DNA of 61,284 bases, counting the filler, from Basidioascus undulatus (lineage: Eukaryota): NCBI GenBank assembly GCA_000826855.1. It is 4 parts of 4 records of this genome, joined end to end, with 100 filler letters (N's around TTAATTAATTAA, not from the genome) between each part and the next. Parts side by side here need not be neighbours in the genome. Positions count along the whole stretch, not along the records: positions 40,651 to 50,920 come from JTLS01001153.1; positions 51,021 to 61,284 come from JTLS01001154.1; 2 more parts are not named here. The stretch is one strand, 5' to 3'. Both the position numbers and the translations under genes were made by a program. The notes under the pieces are model-generated. The model was given only the letters and a program-made list of their open reading frames with translations, was not told the DNA's origin and did not search any database. Of the stretch, positions 50,632 through 61,284 are shown in pieces; within the stretch, counting starts at the first letter, position 1; every line of letters begins with the position of its first letter.

Positions 50632-50920
50632 ATGGCGCTCCTCCGCCCCTCCCACCGCCCCACCGACTCTGTCTCGCTCGCGTCCTCCCTCCTCGAGGCG
50701 TCTTCCGACTCGCTCCTCCCCGCCCCGTCCCATCCGAGACGAAGTCCGTCTGAGCCTGGACCCTCCTCAGCTCCAGATCCCGAGGGCTGGGGCGGAGGCG
50801 GGTGTGAAGGGGCAGAGCATCCATTTGCGCACTCGAGCTCCTTGTTGAGGCGGTGCTCGAGCCAGATCGATCTGGAGGAGGAACTCGCGTTCCGGGACGA
50901 GTTTGAGTCTGATGTGTGTC
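50632..50920 (+). CDS. 5' fragment of a hypothetical protein
   Basis: MALLRPSHRPTDSVSL...QIDLEEELAFRDEFESD stays open to the contig end and is divergent from KAP123. Confidence 0.4.
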
Positions 50921-51020
50921 NNNNNNNNNNNNNNNNNNNNNNNNNNNNNNNNNNNNNNNNNNNNTTAATTAATTAANNNNNNNNNNNNNNNNNNNNNNNN
51001 NNNNNNNNNNNNNNNNNNNN
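50921..51020. other. Artificial contig spacer
   Basis: N44-TTAATTAATTAA-N44. Confidence 0.97.
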
Positions 51021-51039
51021 GAGGGGAGATTACCCGCAC

Positions 51040-54011
51040 CTGGATAGAACCCCATTGCTGAAAATATGTACCACGCGCTCATCTGCCCGCAGTCCTCATT
51101 CTGCATCCCACCGAAGTCAGATACGCGAGAATCTAGCCAGATGAACCAACGCAGGACGTACGCCAGACAGTCCATCCGCAGTCGCGTTGTACTCGTTCTG
51201 CGCGATAGACAGAACGTGCTCCTGCGTCCTGCTCGCCTTCCCCGCGAGCGCGTAGAGGTACGGGATATGGTGCGACGGCTCGTTCGTGTGCAGGTTGTGG
51301 CCACCGTCGAAGTGCCTGTCGAGGAACGAGACGAACGAGGCGTTCCCGCCGACGAGGGAGACGAGACCAGGGACATCGTGCTACCATCAATCACGTCAGA
51401 CAGTTTTTGGGGAATCGGGCCCGGAGGAGAGGACTGTTGAACGCACTGGCACGTCGAACGAATACGCCCAATGGTCGCCCTCGGTCCACCCGGCGTCTTC
51501 GCCCGCCCAAGACCCGTTCGAGAACCGCGCCTCCATGAAGCCGGTGTTGCTGTTCCAAAGGTTCTTGTACGTCCGGCTGCGGTTGAGGAGGAACGCGGCG
51601 TCGTCGTGTGCTCCGACTGCTGCGGCGACGACTGAAGTCGCCCAATCGTCATCTGCAAGAGCGAGACAGTCGTGAATGAGCTACCGTCAAATGGGATATG
51701 ATGTATTGGGGGCTAGACGCACAAGCATAGTCGAGGGTCCGAGAGCCAGCCTCAGTGTGCAGGTCGTCCGCGACGTAGCCGAGCCGCTTGTACTCCGTCA
51801 GGCCCGCCCGCGCCTCGACGGGCGTGTGCTCTTCACGGTCGGCAAACCTACAAGGATGAGGATCAAAAAGACATTCGGGTAAGGTGATCGGCAATGATCA
51901 CTGGCTCACACAAGCTCGATGTCCCTGTCCGGCGGGACAGTCGCGTCCTTGCGGACCGCCTCCCATGCCAGGTCGTAGTCGAAGCCCGATACGCCCTTGG
52001 CGATCCCCTCGGCGAGAAGCGAGTCGGCATGGGTGCCGACCATGATGTTCGTCTGATATCAAGCACTCAGCTCCAGTCCCCGGCAATCTACGAAGTATCT
52101 GTGCGGCGTACCTCGCTGCAAATGCCCCCTAATCAGTGGATGACTCGACAATGCTAGCGCGAGGATAAAAATGAACGTACACAATGTTCTTCCACATCGG
52201 AAGCCAGCCGCTTTCCTTGAAATCCTGCAGCATGCTCTGCATCATGCTCGGCAGGCGCTCGGGCGCGAAGAGGATGAGGAACGCTTGGGCTGCGCGGAAT
52301 GTGTCCCAAATGGAGTAGCCGGTGTACGATTCACCTTTTTGGACCTATAGAACGTTCATTCATCTGTTACTCCCACGCTTTGACAAGACCAGAAAAGCAC
52401 TTGCCGAGTCGGTATATCCTGAGTAGTATTGCGCAGTCCCATCCGCGGTATACTCATGCTGCTCGTAGGGATACTGCAAGGCGTGGAATACGCCGCTGTA
52501 CGGATGTAAATACTAATGACATCACAGAGAGAGCCGTGGAGGAAACACACGTATAAAAGACGGTCCTGTTCTCCTCCGTGGCGCCCTCGAGCCGGAAGCG
52601 GTCGAGCTTCTCCGCCCACGCTGTCCGAGTAGCAAACGCCGTCTGCTCGAGCGACTGGCCATCCGGAATCGCGCTTTCCAAGTTTCTGTGAAAGAGGACG
52701 CATTGTGAGGCTTGATGCACGGGCAGATCCAAGAAACCATCAATTTTCTTACCGACGCGCCTGCTCAATGCTGATGAAGCTCACGCCGACGCGAACCTCC
52801 ACCTGCTGCGTGCCAGGTGCAAAGCGCGCGAATCCGGTAAGGTCCGCGCCGTACCCCTCGCGCTCGCCCTCGTGCAAGATGCCGGAGTACGATGTTCCCC
52901 AAGACTCGAAGGGCGCCGAGAAGCGCGCGACGAAGTAGCCGGCGAAGCTCGAGGCGGGGAACGCACCGAGGATCCAGTCTTGCCGCTCGGTGCTGTAGCC
53001 CACGATCTCCTGCGAATCAGGGAGAATCGAGATCGAGCCCGGAGGGAAGGTGACATTCGTCGGATCGGAGGTGATGATGGTAGCGCGAGAGGCTTGGACG
53101 ACGACGTGTGGCGCAACGAAGCTGGAGAAGGTAGGAGTGTTGAGGTTGGTAGGACGAGAGTCGGTCCGTGCGGTGGGACGCACCTTGACGAAGCGCTGAA
53201 AGTGAAGCGAAGGTGGCCGACGCGCGAGGCTGACGCGGAGAACAAGAACAGATCAGTAGAATCAGAGCGTTCAGCAGAGTGAGAAACATACTCGAGGATA
53301 GTTCTGCGAACAGCTTCCCGTTTTCTCCGGCGTCCAAACGGTTTGAGTAATAACTGGGCGAGCTCCACTCGTGCTTCTTCTCGAACGGCAGGCCCCGAGC
53401 GTCGAAGTCCGTCACGACCTCGCCGAGACCAGCGGAAACTATGGCTGGGCCCGATTCGCCTGTTCACGCCACGTCTCATCATCAGCTTCATTCTGGCTGG
53501 GGGCATCTGACAGTTAGTGCGTACCCATCCAAATCGCCGGTTGATGTGTCCCGATGAAGCCGTGGATCTTCGTATCCGTCTGTTCATGCGTCAACTGGGT
53601 AAATGCTTCTTCTTCTGAAGGAGAACCTCCGGAAAAGATGCTCGCCTGGTTATACGCCAGCATCGAGACGTAGTTGGCCCTCGTCATTGCGTACCAACGT
53701 GTCATGGCGAATGGAGGCGAGCTCGTGGGAGCCATCCCGCCGGAAAGATTGGGTTCAGGCCCTCCATTTCCAAGCTGGTTGTTGACAGAATCAACCGCAG
53801 CGCTCTCTGGTACCCGAAATGTCGAAAGGTCGGGGGAGCCCGCCTTGAAAAGCTCGAAAGGCAGCGATCGAACTGGTGAGTGGTTACAGGCCCAAAGGCC
53901 GAGGGCCGCGGCGAGGACGGCGGATATCATGAGCCAAGGCGCGAGGGTATGTGGTGGTGCTCGCCCGCCAGTATGTGGGGTATGAGAGCGAGAACGAGCG
54001 TGAAGCGCCAT
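51040..54011 (-). CDS. Glycoside hydrolase family 92 alpha-1,2-mannosidase, 3'-truncated by contig end
   Basis: GFIGTHQPAIWMG, VGVSFISIEQAR, YSIWDTFR, GWLPMWKN, MVGTHADS, SRTLDYA, HTNEPSHHIPYLY, NEDCGQMSAWYIFSAMGFYP; N-terminal signal anchor. Confidence 0.93.
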
Positions 54012-54206
54012 GGCGGGCAGCTTTTGAGGTGACGGTTAGAAGCGGAGGAACTAAGAGCGGGTTGCGCTTGGACTTCCCGCTCAGCTGACGCCCGGTCACT
54101 TAGGCACTCGCATGCCTCCTCCATCTCTGGTGTAATAAAAAAGCTTGGTATTCAGTCTTAAAACTTCGGTCAATTGTCTGGGTACCGTCCACTGACGGTA
54201 GCGCCG

Positions 54207-54254
54207 ATCCGGGCTGCCCAGCGTATTCCTATCCGGGCTGCCCAGCGTATTCCT
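54207..54254. repeat. Perfect 24-bp tandem duplication
   Basis: ATCCGGGCTGCCCAGCGTATTCCT x2, preceded by hairpin TACCGTC-CACT-GACGGTA (54183-54200), upstream of GH92. Confidence 0.9.
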
Positions 54255-54555
54255 ACCTACAGCACCAACCACGCCTGTACCGCACAACACGAAAGCTTAC
54301 TCTCTCCGGGAAGTCCGTAAGAAATTCAATGAGTTTAAGAACAAGGGTACGCTCACAGTGGTTACTGCCTCAGTAATCAGTCCGCCCGAGGGTTCCTTTC
54401 TTGCCAGGTGCAGGGCAAATTCCCTTCCAGACCCACGGGAAACTGTTCTGTGGAACAGAGGCGGTTCATGCACAAAATTAAAAGTGGTCCATGCCCTGGG
54501 TTGCGGTGGACAAGTCCCAACACTATACGGGCAAAACGAAAGTAGTAAAAGATGC

Positions 54556-54648
54556 GACCAGAGAAGAAGGATTTGAACTATGCGGGCAAAGCCTAACAGA
54601 TATTAGAACACATTCTAGTTCGTCGCCTTAACCCTCGGCCATGTTGTC
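54556..54648 (-). pseudogene. Degenerate tRNA-Ser(AGA) with intron
   Basis: GACAACATGGCCGAGGGTTAAGGCGACGAACTAGAA[intron]ATCTGTTAGGCTTTGCCCGCATAGTTCAAATCC. A and B boxes and the long variable arm are recognisable, but the T stem and acceptor 3' strand do not pair. Confidence 0.7.
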
Positions 54649-55279
54649 TTTCCGTAACCAAAATTCAATATTAATCCCGACCGTCAAACGTCCACTGCCC
54701 TCACCAGGCTCCAAAAATTACTGGTGGTTTAAGTAGAAAATTAACCTGATCTACAGCTAAAAAGGTTCACCAAACCAAAGTCCAGCGTGGGTTCTAGTAG
54801 ATGTAGGGCAGTAAAACGGGCACGCAGTTACGTAATTGATGTAATTGAGAGTAATGGAAAGGCGACGGATAGAGCTGGAAGGTAAACTTGTGGAGAATGT
54901 TTAAAGGCGGTTCAGGTGGTGTGCATTACCCGGGTCAGGTTGAAAGTCGAAAAGTGTGGGTGTTGAATGCTGCGGCATCCTGTGCGAGTTGCTCAATTCT
55001 ACACAGAAATTGGCCACTTGAGACTGCCGAACGTGCCATATCAAAGTGAGGTGTAGAGAAATTTGGACACCATATTTGACTTTGGTCGTCCTTTCAGGTC
55101 GGATTGCCCCTACGAAGGTAGCGGCATGGCGATGGCGACAGACGGAGTGGCAGCGAACACGTCGGCTCTCCGCGCGTTTCCACAGCCCTCCTTCCACGTC
55201 GTTGCATCCCTGCTACAGAAACCCTTACTTCCTCCTCACACCGTCTTTCCCTCCTCGCTGCCCTTACAAAAACCTCACT

Positions 55280-55712
55280 ATGTCCCCCAAGCCCGGCCGC
55301 ACCCGCCGCCTGATCCGCCAGCGCAAACCCAACCCCTGGCCGCTGCGCCTCGTTCTCGCCGCGCTCGTGTTGTTGCTCGCTGTTGCGGGCGTGTGGGCGT
55401 TCCGGTTCGAGGCGGGTCGGTCGGATCGAGAGTTTGCGAAGTTGGCTGGCGGTGCTGGCTTGGAGTCTTTTGGTAGGCGCTTAGGGTTTTCGAGTTGAGG
55501 GTGGGATGCTGAAGGCTGTCGGACGGGAAACAGGCACTGTGGAAAACATCGTCCGTACGTGATCATGAGCGCTTTTTCCGTGCCATTTCAACTCAAACAA
55601 AGCCAATACCGCCAGAACCAGGCCTGAAGCCTCACTCGGGACGGTTAAAGCGAGGACGGGTGGAGATCATCGCGAACGGGCAGGGCAACAGGAACATGCC
55701 GTCATGGGTGTA
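55280..55712 (+). pseudogene. Hsp70/BiP-like 5' relic with N-terminal signal anchor
   Basis: Basic N-terminus plus hydrophobic LRLVLAALVLLLAVAGVWAF, then GRVEIIANGQGNRNMPSWV (Hsp70 GRVEIIANDQGNRxTPS motif). Nothing further is recognisable. Confidence 0.6.
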
Positions 55713-56990
55713 CGTCGAGGCGCTCGAACAGGGGGTTTTCCAGCCAGGAAGCGAGTATAGACATGTAGTACGGTGGACATGCAGTACGTTGACACTTGCC
55801 AAGCAGCATGCGGTTCAGGTCGTAGTTGAAGCCGGTTGTAGGATGATATCCGTCTCGCTTAAACTTTCCTGCTGTGCTAGAGATTAGGTCTTTTCATCAG
55901 TTGATCAAATATGGCATTGCAAGCTCCACAACATGCGACATGACGACCATGCAGTACCAGACGACCGCCCTTTCGCGCCGCCCTGCACGGAACGTGTTAT
56001 ATGCTGGTATTTTGAATGATATAGAATCAAGCTGTTAAAATTCTGAGAGAGCGTAGACATGCTGAAAATGAATCCTTTGCTAAGAAGTACCGGTCACTCT
56101 CAAGCTGCTGTCACAGGGTGAAACGTGGAGTGCGCGCACGCGGCCACGATGGAGTGCCAGCATGCCGCGGTTGGTATCAAGCTAAACGCTGTTGATCAGA
56201 TTATAGAAGTTGAAATGTCATTCATTGCACTGGAGCATCACATCATACCCAGAGGATCAAGAAGGGTGTGGTACGTTTACCGTGGTCGTTTCACTTTTAC
56301 GAGCTGCACGGCTGCGGCGCTTTCATCCATCACACTGCCTGCTCCGCACGCAGGAAGTCTCTGTCCTCGATTTTTTAGACCTTCCTGTTCAACCAGTCAT
56401 CCGTCTCTTGGCTCTCTCAAGGCGTGCAGGCAACGTCGATCGATTGTGGTTAAAGCTTGCGTCGCAGTGGTGCATCGCAGACAAACCTCCTGGTTCGGGC
56501 CGTGGATAGTCGGAGACGGTAGGACCAGAATACGTGTCTTTATTGGGCCATGGCATTCACAAACACAAAGAGATGCTCATGATGTATGAAAGATACAGTG
56601 AAAAAAAGTGTGGGGCTGCGCAGGTAAGACCGAAACCTGTATTCCGGACGGCCGACTAGCTCGCGCCTTGCCGCCGTGCCAGGATCCGCTGCCCAAGACG
56701 CCCGCGTGTCTCTCGTTCTTGATCCTCACTCGATCATTTCCGTCTCGCTCTCGTCTGGCACTGCGGCTGTAGTTTCCTCCTCTCTCTACCCTCCTCTCTC
56801 GCATTTCCTTTGTTCTCGGTGGGTCCTCCCCATCCAAACCGCATCCTCCGCTTGCGTGGCAGTGTTCACGTGGCTGATCCCCTCCCCTTTGCCCCCTTCC
56901 GCCTCGCCTCTCCTCCTCCGGACTCCCCGCAGGTCCCGTCTCCTTCCTTCATCGTAACGACGCGCACGACGAAACTTTTCACTCTTCAAA

Positions 56991-58725
56991 ATGGCATCTG
57001 CTGCTCCCGTTCCCCAGAACCCCGCCGAGGCGCCTGTAAGTCACTGGCAGTCCATCCACTCCGCTCTCTGGCTCATCCCTTCCTCGCACAGCGCCGCGCC
57101 CACCTCTACGTCGGCAACCTCTCGCCGCGTGTAACTGAATACATGCTTACCGAGGCAGGTCTTTCCGTCTTAAAGATCGGTGCGAAGGCCGGTGCCGAAT
57201 TAAGGAAGGAGAGGGGCAAGGCGACTTGGGCGGTGCCGGCCGGCAATGCAGCAGCGCGTCAGGCGGACGGGCCAGGGCAGTGACTGACAGGAGATGGAAC
57301 CGGTTTTCTTTTGCAGATCTTCGCTGTCGCCGGGCACGTCCAGAACGTCAAGATCATCCCCGACCGTAACTTCACCCATGGCGGTCTCAACTACGGCTTC
57401 GTGGAGTACTCGGACATGCGCGCGGCCGAGACTGCGCTGCAGACGCTCAACGGCCGCAAGATCTTCGACACTGGTGCGCCGGGACCGGGTGACTCTGGCC
57501 AGGGGTACTTGGGTGGCTGACGCGGGAGCGGGACTGGCAGAGATCCGCGTCAACTGGGCGTACCAGGGCAGCCAAGCGAAGGAGGACACGACCCACCACT
57601 TCCACGTCTTCGTCGGTGACCTGAGCCCCGAGGTCAACGACGAGGTCCTCGGCAAGGCCTTCGGCGCCTTCGGCTCCCTCTCCGACGCTCGTGTCGTGCG
57701 TCTTCTTGGGAGGGCATCTTGCAGGAGGAGGTGCTGATGCGGCGGGCGGGGGTAGATGTGGGACATGAACTCCGGCAAGTCCCGCGGCTACGGCTTCCTG
57801 TCGTTCCGGGACAAGACCGACGCCGAGCAGGCGATCGCTACCATGAACGGCGAGTGGCTCGGCTCGCGCGGTACGTGCCTTTCCCCGACTGCGCCCAGTG
57901 CCTGCTGGACGAGGCTGACACCCCCTGCCCCGCCAGCGATCCGTGTCAACTGGGCGAACCAGAAGACCCAGACCGGTTCCGGCGGCCGCGGTAGTGACTC
58001 CGGCATGGGCATGGCCGCGAACAACTTCAGCGGCGGGCCGGTCACGTACGAGACGGTCGTGCAGCAGACGCCGCCGTACAACACGACCGTCTACGTCGGG
58101 AACCTGACGCCGTACACGACGCAGGCGGACCTTGTCCCCGTCTTCCAAGGGTTCGGGTACATCGTCGAGATCCGCATGCAGCCCGACCGCGGCTTCGCGT
58201 TCGTCAAGCTCGACAGCCACGAGAACGCCGCGATGGCGATCGTCCAGCTCCAGGGCCAGCTCGTCCAGGGCCGGCCGATCAAGTGCTCGTGGGGCAAGGA
58301 CCGCGTTAACGCGGGCGGGGACGCCGCGCACGGCGGCTTTGGCGGCGGGGACGCCGCGCACGGCGGCTTTGGCGGCGGGTACGGCGCGCCGGGCGGCATG
58401 GTGAGTGGTCGAGTTCCCAGTCTTCGGGCGATCTTGGGTGTTGGCGGTCAAGCGGTTAGGTTGGAATCTGACGCTCTTTTACCAACAGCCCATGTACAAC
58501 ATGCCTCAGGCGCAGGCCTACGGCCAGTACGGCTTCGCCCCGCAGCCCGGTGCACCGGGTGCGATGCCCGACGCCGCGCAGTGGAGTCAGTACTACGCTG
58601 CCCAGCAGGCTGCCGCCGCCGCCGGCGGATACGGTGCGGCGCCCGGCGCTCCGGGCGCCCCTGGCGCGGGCGCGTACGGCGCGTACGGCGCGCAGCCGGG
58701 CCAGGAGGGGCAGGGCCAGCAGTGA
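56991..58725 (+). CDS. PUB1: Pub1/TIA-1-family 3-RRM RNA-binding protein
   Basis: [85 protein letters not shown]-rich tail. Confidence 0.93.
58314..58373 (+). repeat. Perfect 30-bp coding tandem duplication ([10 protein letters not shown] x2) in PUB1
   Basis: GGCGGGGACGCCGCGCACGGCGGCTTTGGC x2. Confidence 0.9.
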
Positions 58726-59382
58726 GCGGGGTTTAACGAGAGAAGGAAGGAAAGGAGGAAGGGGGCGTCTTTCCTTTGACACGCGGTTTCTTCTCGTCTC
58801 GTCTCGTCCTCTCAATCTCGTCGCATACGCACGCACACACACTCTTCTCCTTTTCCTTTCACACTTCTTCCCCTCCCACCAAGTAGTGCATACGCTCTGG
58901 CACTCACTCGCCCGCTCTTGTACCGCTTCCGCTTTGTTTTTCCTTACTCGCTTTTTTTCTCTGTCCTCGTCCTGTTCACCGCTCTGTTCCGCTCGCTCTG
59001 CTCTCCCACGCAGCGTTCCTCTTCTGCCACTCACTGTAACGCAGCAACAAGTCCCTCTCTGGTCAGCTCAGCTCAATTCCGGGTCTTCTCTGGTTCTTAC
59101 GCCTCTGTGTCCATTTACTTCTACCCACGCTATGTGTGGTCTTGTGGCGCTCGAAACACTCGTCAATTGTCACCTGCCGTTTGTTGGCGGGCCCGCACCT
59201 GGCAACTTCGCGCATCTGCTTGCCTTTTGAGAACATATGGTCCGTTTGGTCTAAGCAGTTTGAGGCCCGGTCCCACGTGACGCAACTCAGCAGACGATCA
59301 AGCGAGACGATCAATCGACCGCCGGCTTCCCCTCCTCCTTCACGTTCTCAGCTCACCTCTTCCCATCTGCACCCCGGCGAAT

Positions 59383-60600
59383 ATGCCGCTCCCACAGCAA
59401 CAACTCGTCTCACCGCGTCCAAAGCAAAAAGTCATCCTTTATGACCTCGAAGCGCGCGGCAACGCGTCATCCCCTCGCTTGTACGTCCATCTCGAAGTGC
59501 GTTCCGAATCGCAGGGGAGTCTGAAGCTGACGCTAGGAAACCTGTATACAGGTTCAGCCCCAATACCTGGCGCACGCTGCTCGCGCTCAAGATCAAGGGC
59601 GTGCCGTATGAGCACCGCCGGCTGTCGTTCTTGGAGATCCGGGGGGACCTGGCGAAGAAGACGGGGAGGAAGGTGAGGTTCTTGCTTCTCGCATCGCATC
59701 AATACTTGTAACCGAAGAAATTGCATGACGGTAATCAGGACGTGACCGTTCCGACGCTTGAGGTATCTGCCTTTGGTGGTCTCCAGTCATGGTACATCGT
59801 TGGGTCGGCGAACATGTGTGTCTCCTAGGCATTCCCAGGTTCGAAGTGAAATCTTGCGTGGAATATGCTGATAATATCGGAAATTTGTGGTACAGTGCGG
59901 ACTGGCTCGAGAGGGCGAACCCAGACACTCCCAGCTTGTACGGCGGGCCGGAGGGAAGGGCGTACGCTCAATTCATGGAGAACGTCCTCGATGGGTTCAG
60001 GGGGCTGAACGGGTCGTACTGTGCGTGTGATTTCTTCCAAACATTGCTCTTTCTCCTCCTTGAATGCTGATGTACTTATGGTATGCATAAAGTCCCGTTG
60101 TGGATTCCCGATATCTGCAAGGCGCAAGATGACGAGAACAAAGTCGTACGTTGCCGCTTCGGTCGACCGAATGCCGATCGGACCACAGCTAATGTACTAT
60201 AATGCTATCACAGTATTTCCGAGAGAAAAAGCTTGGCGCGGACAAGTTCGACGAGGTCGCTTCGCGGGACGTCGACGCCCTGATCGCGCGGGCGATCGAG
60301 GGCCTCAAGCCGTTCGAAGACGCACTGGCAAAGCGGCCCGGCGAGTTTTTGCAGGGTCCGAATATCGGCTACTCGGACTGTCTACTGTTCGCGTGCGTTC
60401 ACAATTCCTTCTATGCTCTCCAGCAGGCGGCGCGGTGGACGGGCAGCTCATCCACTGTGCGGGCACGCAGGTTCTTCGCAATGGGCTACGCCCTGGACAA
60501 GGAGAAGGCGAAGAAGGTCTGGCTCTCTGGGGAGCGCGGACGATGGGCAAAGAAGATTTTGGGATTGTGGGATGGGTGGGCCAAAGCGCTGCTGGAATGA
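59383..60600 (+). CDS. Fungal glutathione transferase (GSTFuA/LigE-like)
   Basis: VILYDL...|FSPNTWRTLLALKIKGVPYE, VTVPTLE, ADWLERANPDTPSLY, YFREKK, FLQGPNIGYSD. Confidence 0.8.
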
Positions 60601-61199
60601 ACCATCACGTCGATATTACTGCTCCCGTCCGTCCACAGCGCTGCGTTCCCTTGTCCTTCCCTCAGAATTGTGACACCGGACATTACCACTTCATCCGCTC
60701 ACCCTTACTTGTGTTTGATGAGCGCTGAATGTCCCCACAAGTCGTATCGACAAGCAGACCCGCTGCCCGCGAATGCAAACAGGGCAAATGAGCAAGGGGC
60801 AGGCTGAAGATGTGAAACGGCTCGACGAAAAGGCGGCAGGCTCCTCGTTCGCCTCCCCTTTCAACGCCCATTCCAGCTTTCTACCATCATCGAATTGATC
60901 AATCGAACGGTTTACTGACCCTTTCGAGTCGCGTTTGGCTTGGATGCCTCCTTGAGTATGCCTCGATCTTCGCCGTACAGCTCCACATATACACCCGTCG
61001 GGCTGGCACAGCGGTCCGCTGCACTGCGTCTTGACCTCGTACCCCAACCATCGATACTTGATATTCTCAGTCGATTCCTCAAGCTTCTCGTTGACGTTAC
61101 CCACGTCTTTCCCGTCGCTGGCCGATAAGCTGTTCATCCTGCGCTGTGCGTAATCTGCTCTCAATCGAATGTCCCCGGCGTTCGCCGCCCGTACTGATG

Positions 61200-61271
61200 A
61201 AAATTAACCGGAGTGCCGCCAAGTTAGTACCACGGTGGGGGACCACGCGGGAATCCTTGGTGCTGTGGTTA
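61200..61271 (+). rRNA. 5S rRNA, 3' about 70 nt only (partial copy/pseudogene)
   Basis: TTAACCGGAGTGCCGCCAAGTTAGTACCACGGTGGGGGACCACGCGGGAATCCTTGGTGCTGTGGTT matches the 3' portion of basidiomycete 5S and is followed by a T-rich tract; canonical 5' half is absent. Confidence 0.85.
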
Positions 61272-61284
61272 TTCTATTTTCCTT

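Noticed and set aside
57447..58451. 334-aa minus-strand ORF
   Set aside because: Antisense shadow of codon-biased PUB1.

Overview
Eukaryotic, intron-rich, GC-rich fungal DNA. The short introns (GTRNGT...CTRAC...YAG), the 5S sequence and the gene types point to a basidiomycete. The window is four contigs joined by artificial N44-TTAATTAATTAA-N44 spacers (1-30173, 30274-40550, 40651-50920, 51021-61284), so neighbourhoods across spacers carry no meaning. Recognisable genes: SUR7/PalI-family protein, F-BAR/RhoGAP, a large chromodomain protein, F-box/LRR proteins, CEG1 (3' part), a MYND-finger protein, TVP38, SLD5, EDE1 (fragment) abutting a RAI1/DXO-like 3' exon, NUP85 (3' part), KAP123, a GH92 alpha-mannosidase (partial), PUB1 and a fungal GST. 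RNA genes: tRNA-Pro(TGG), a degenerate tRNA-Ser(AGA), a partial 5S rRNA, and an intronic C/D snoRNA in KAP123 with an snR71/U29-type guide. Relics: a P450, a LINE RT, an SDR, an RRM gene and an Hsp70/BiP fragment. The most notable signals are the intronic snoRNA, a probably catalytically dead SPP/presenilin-like protein, a UGA-CUA readthrough candidate on SUR7, a Chp1-like chromodomain protein, and an EDE1/RAI1 chimeric junction. All homology calls come from motif recognition by eye, and exon boundaries are approximate. I found no clearly novel multi-gene system.
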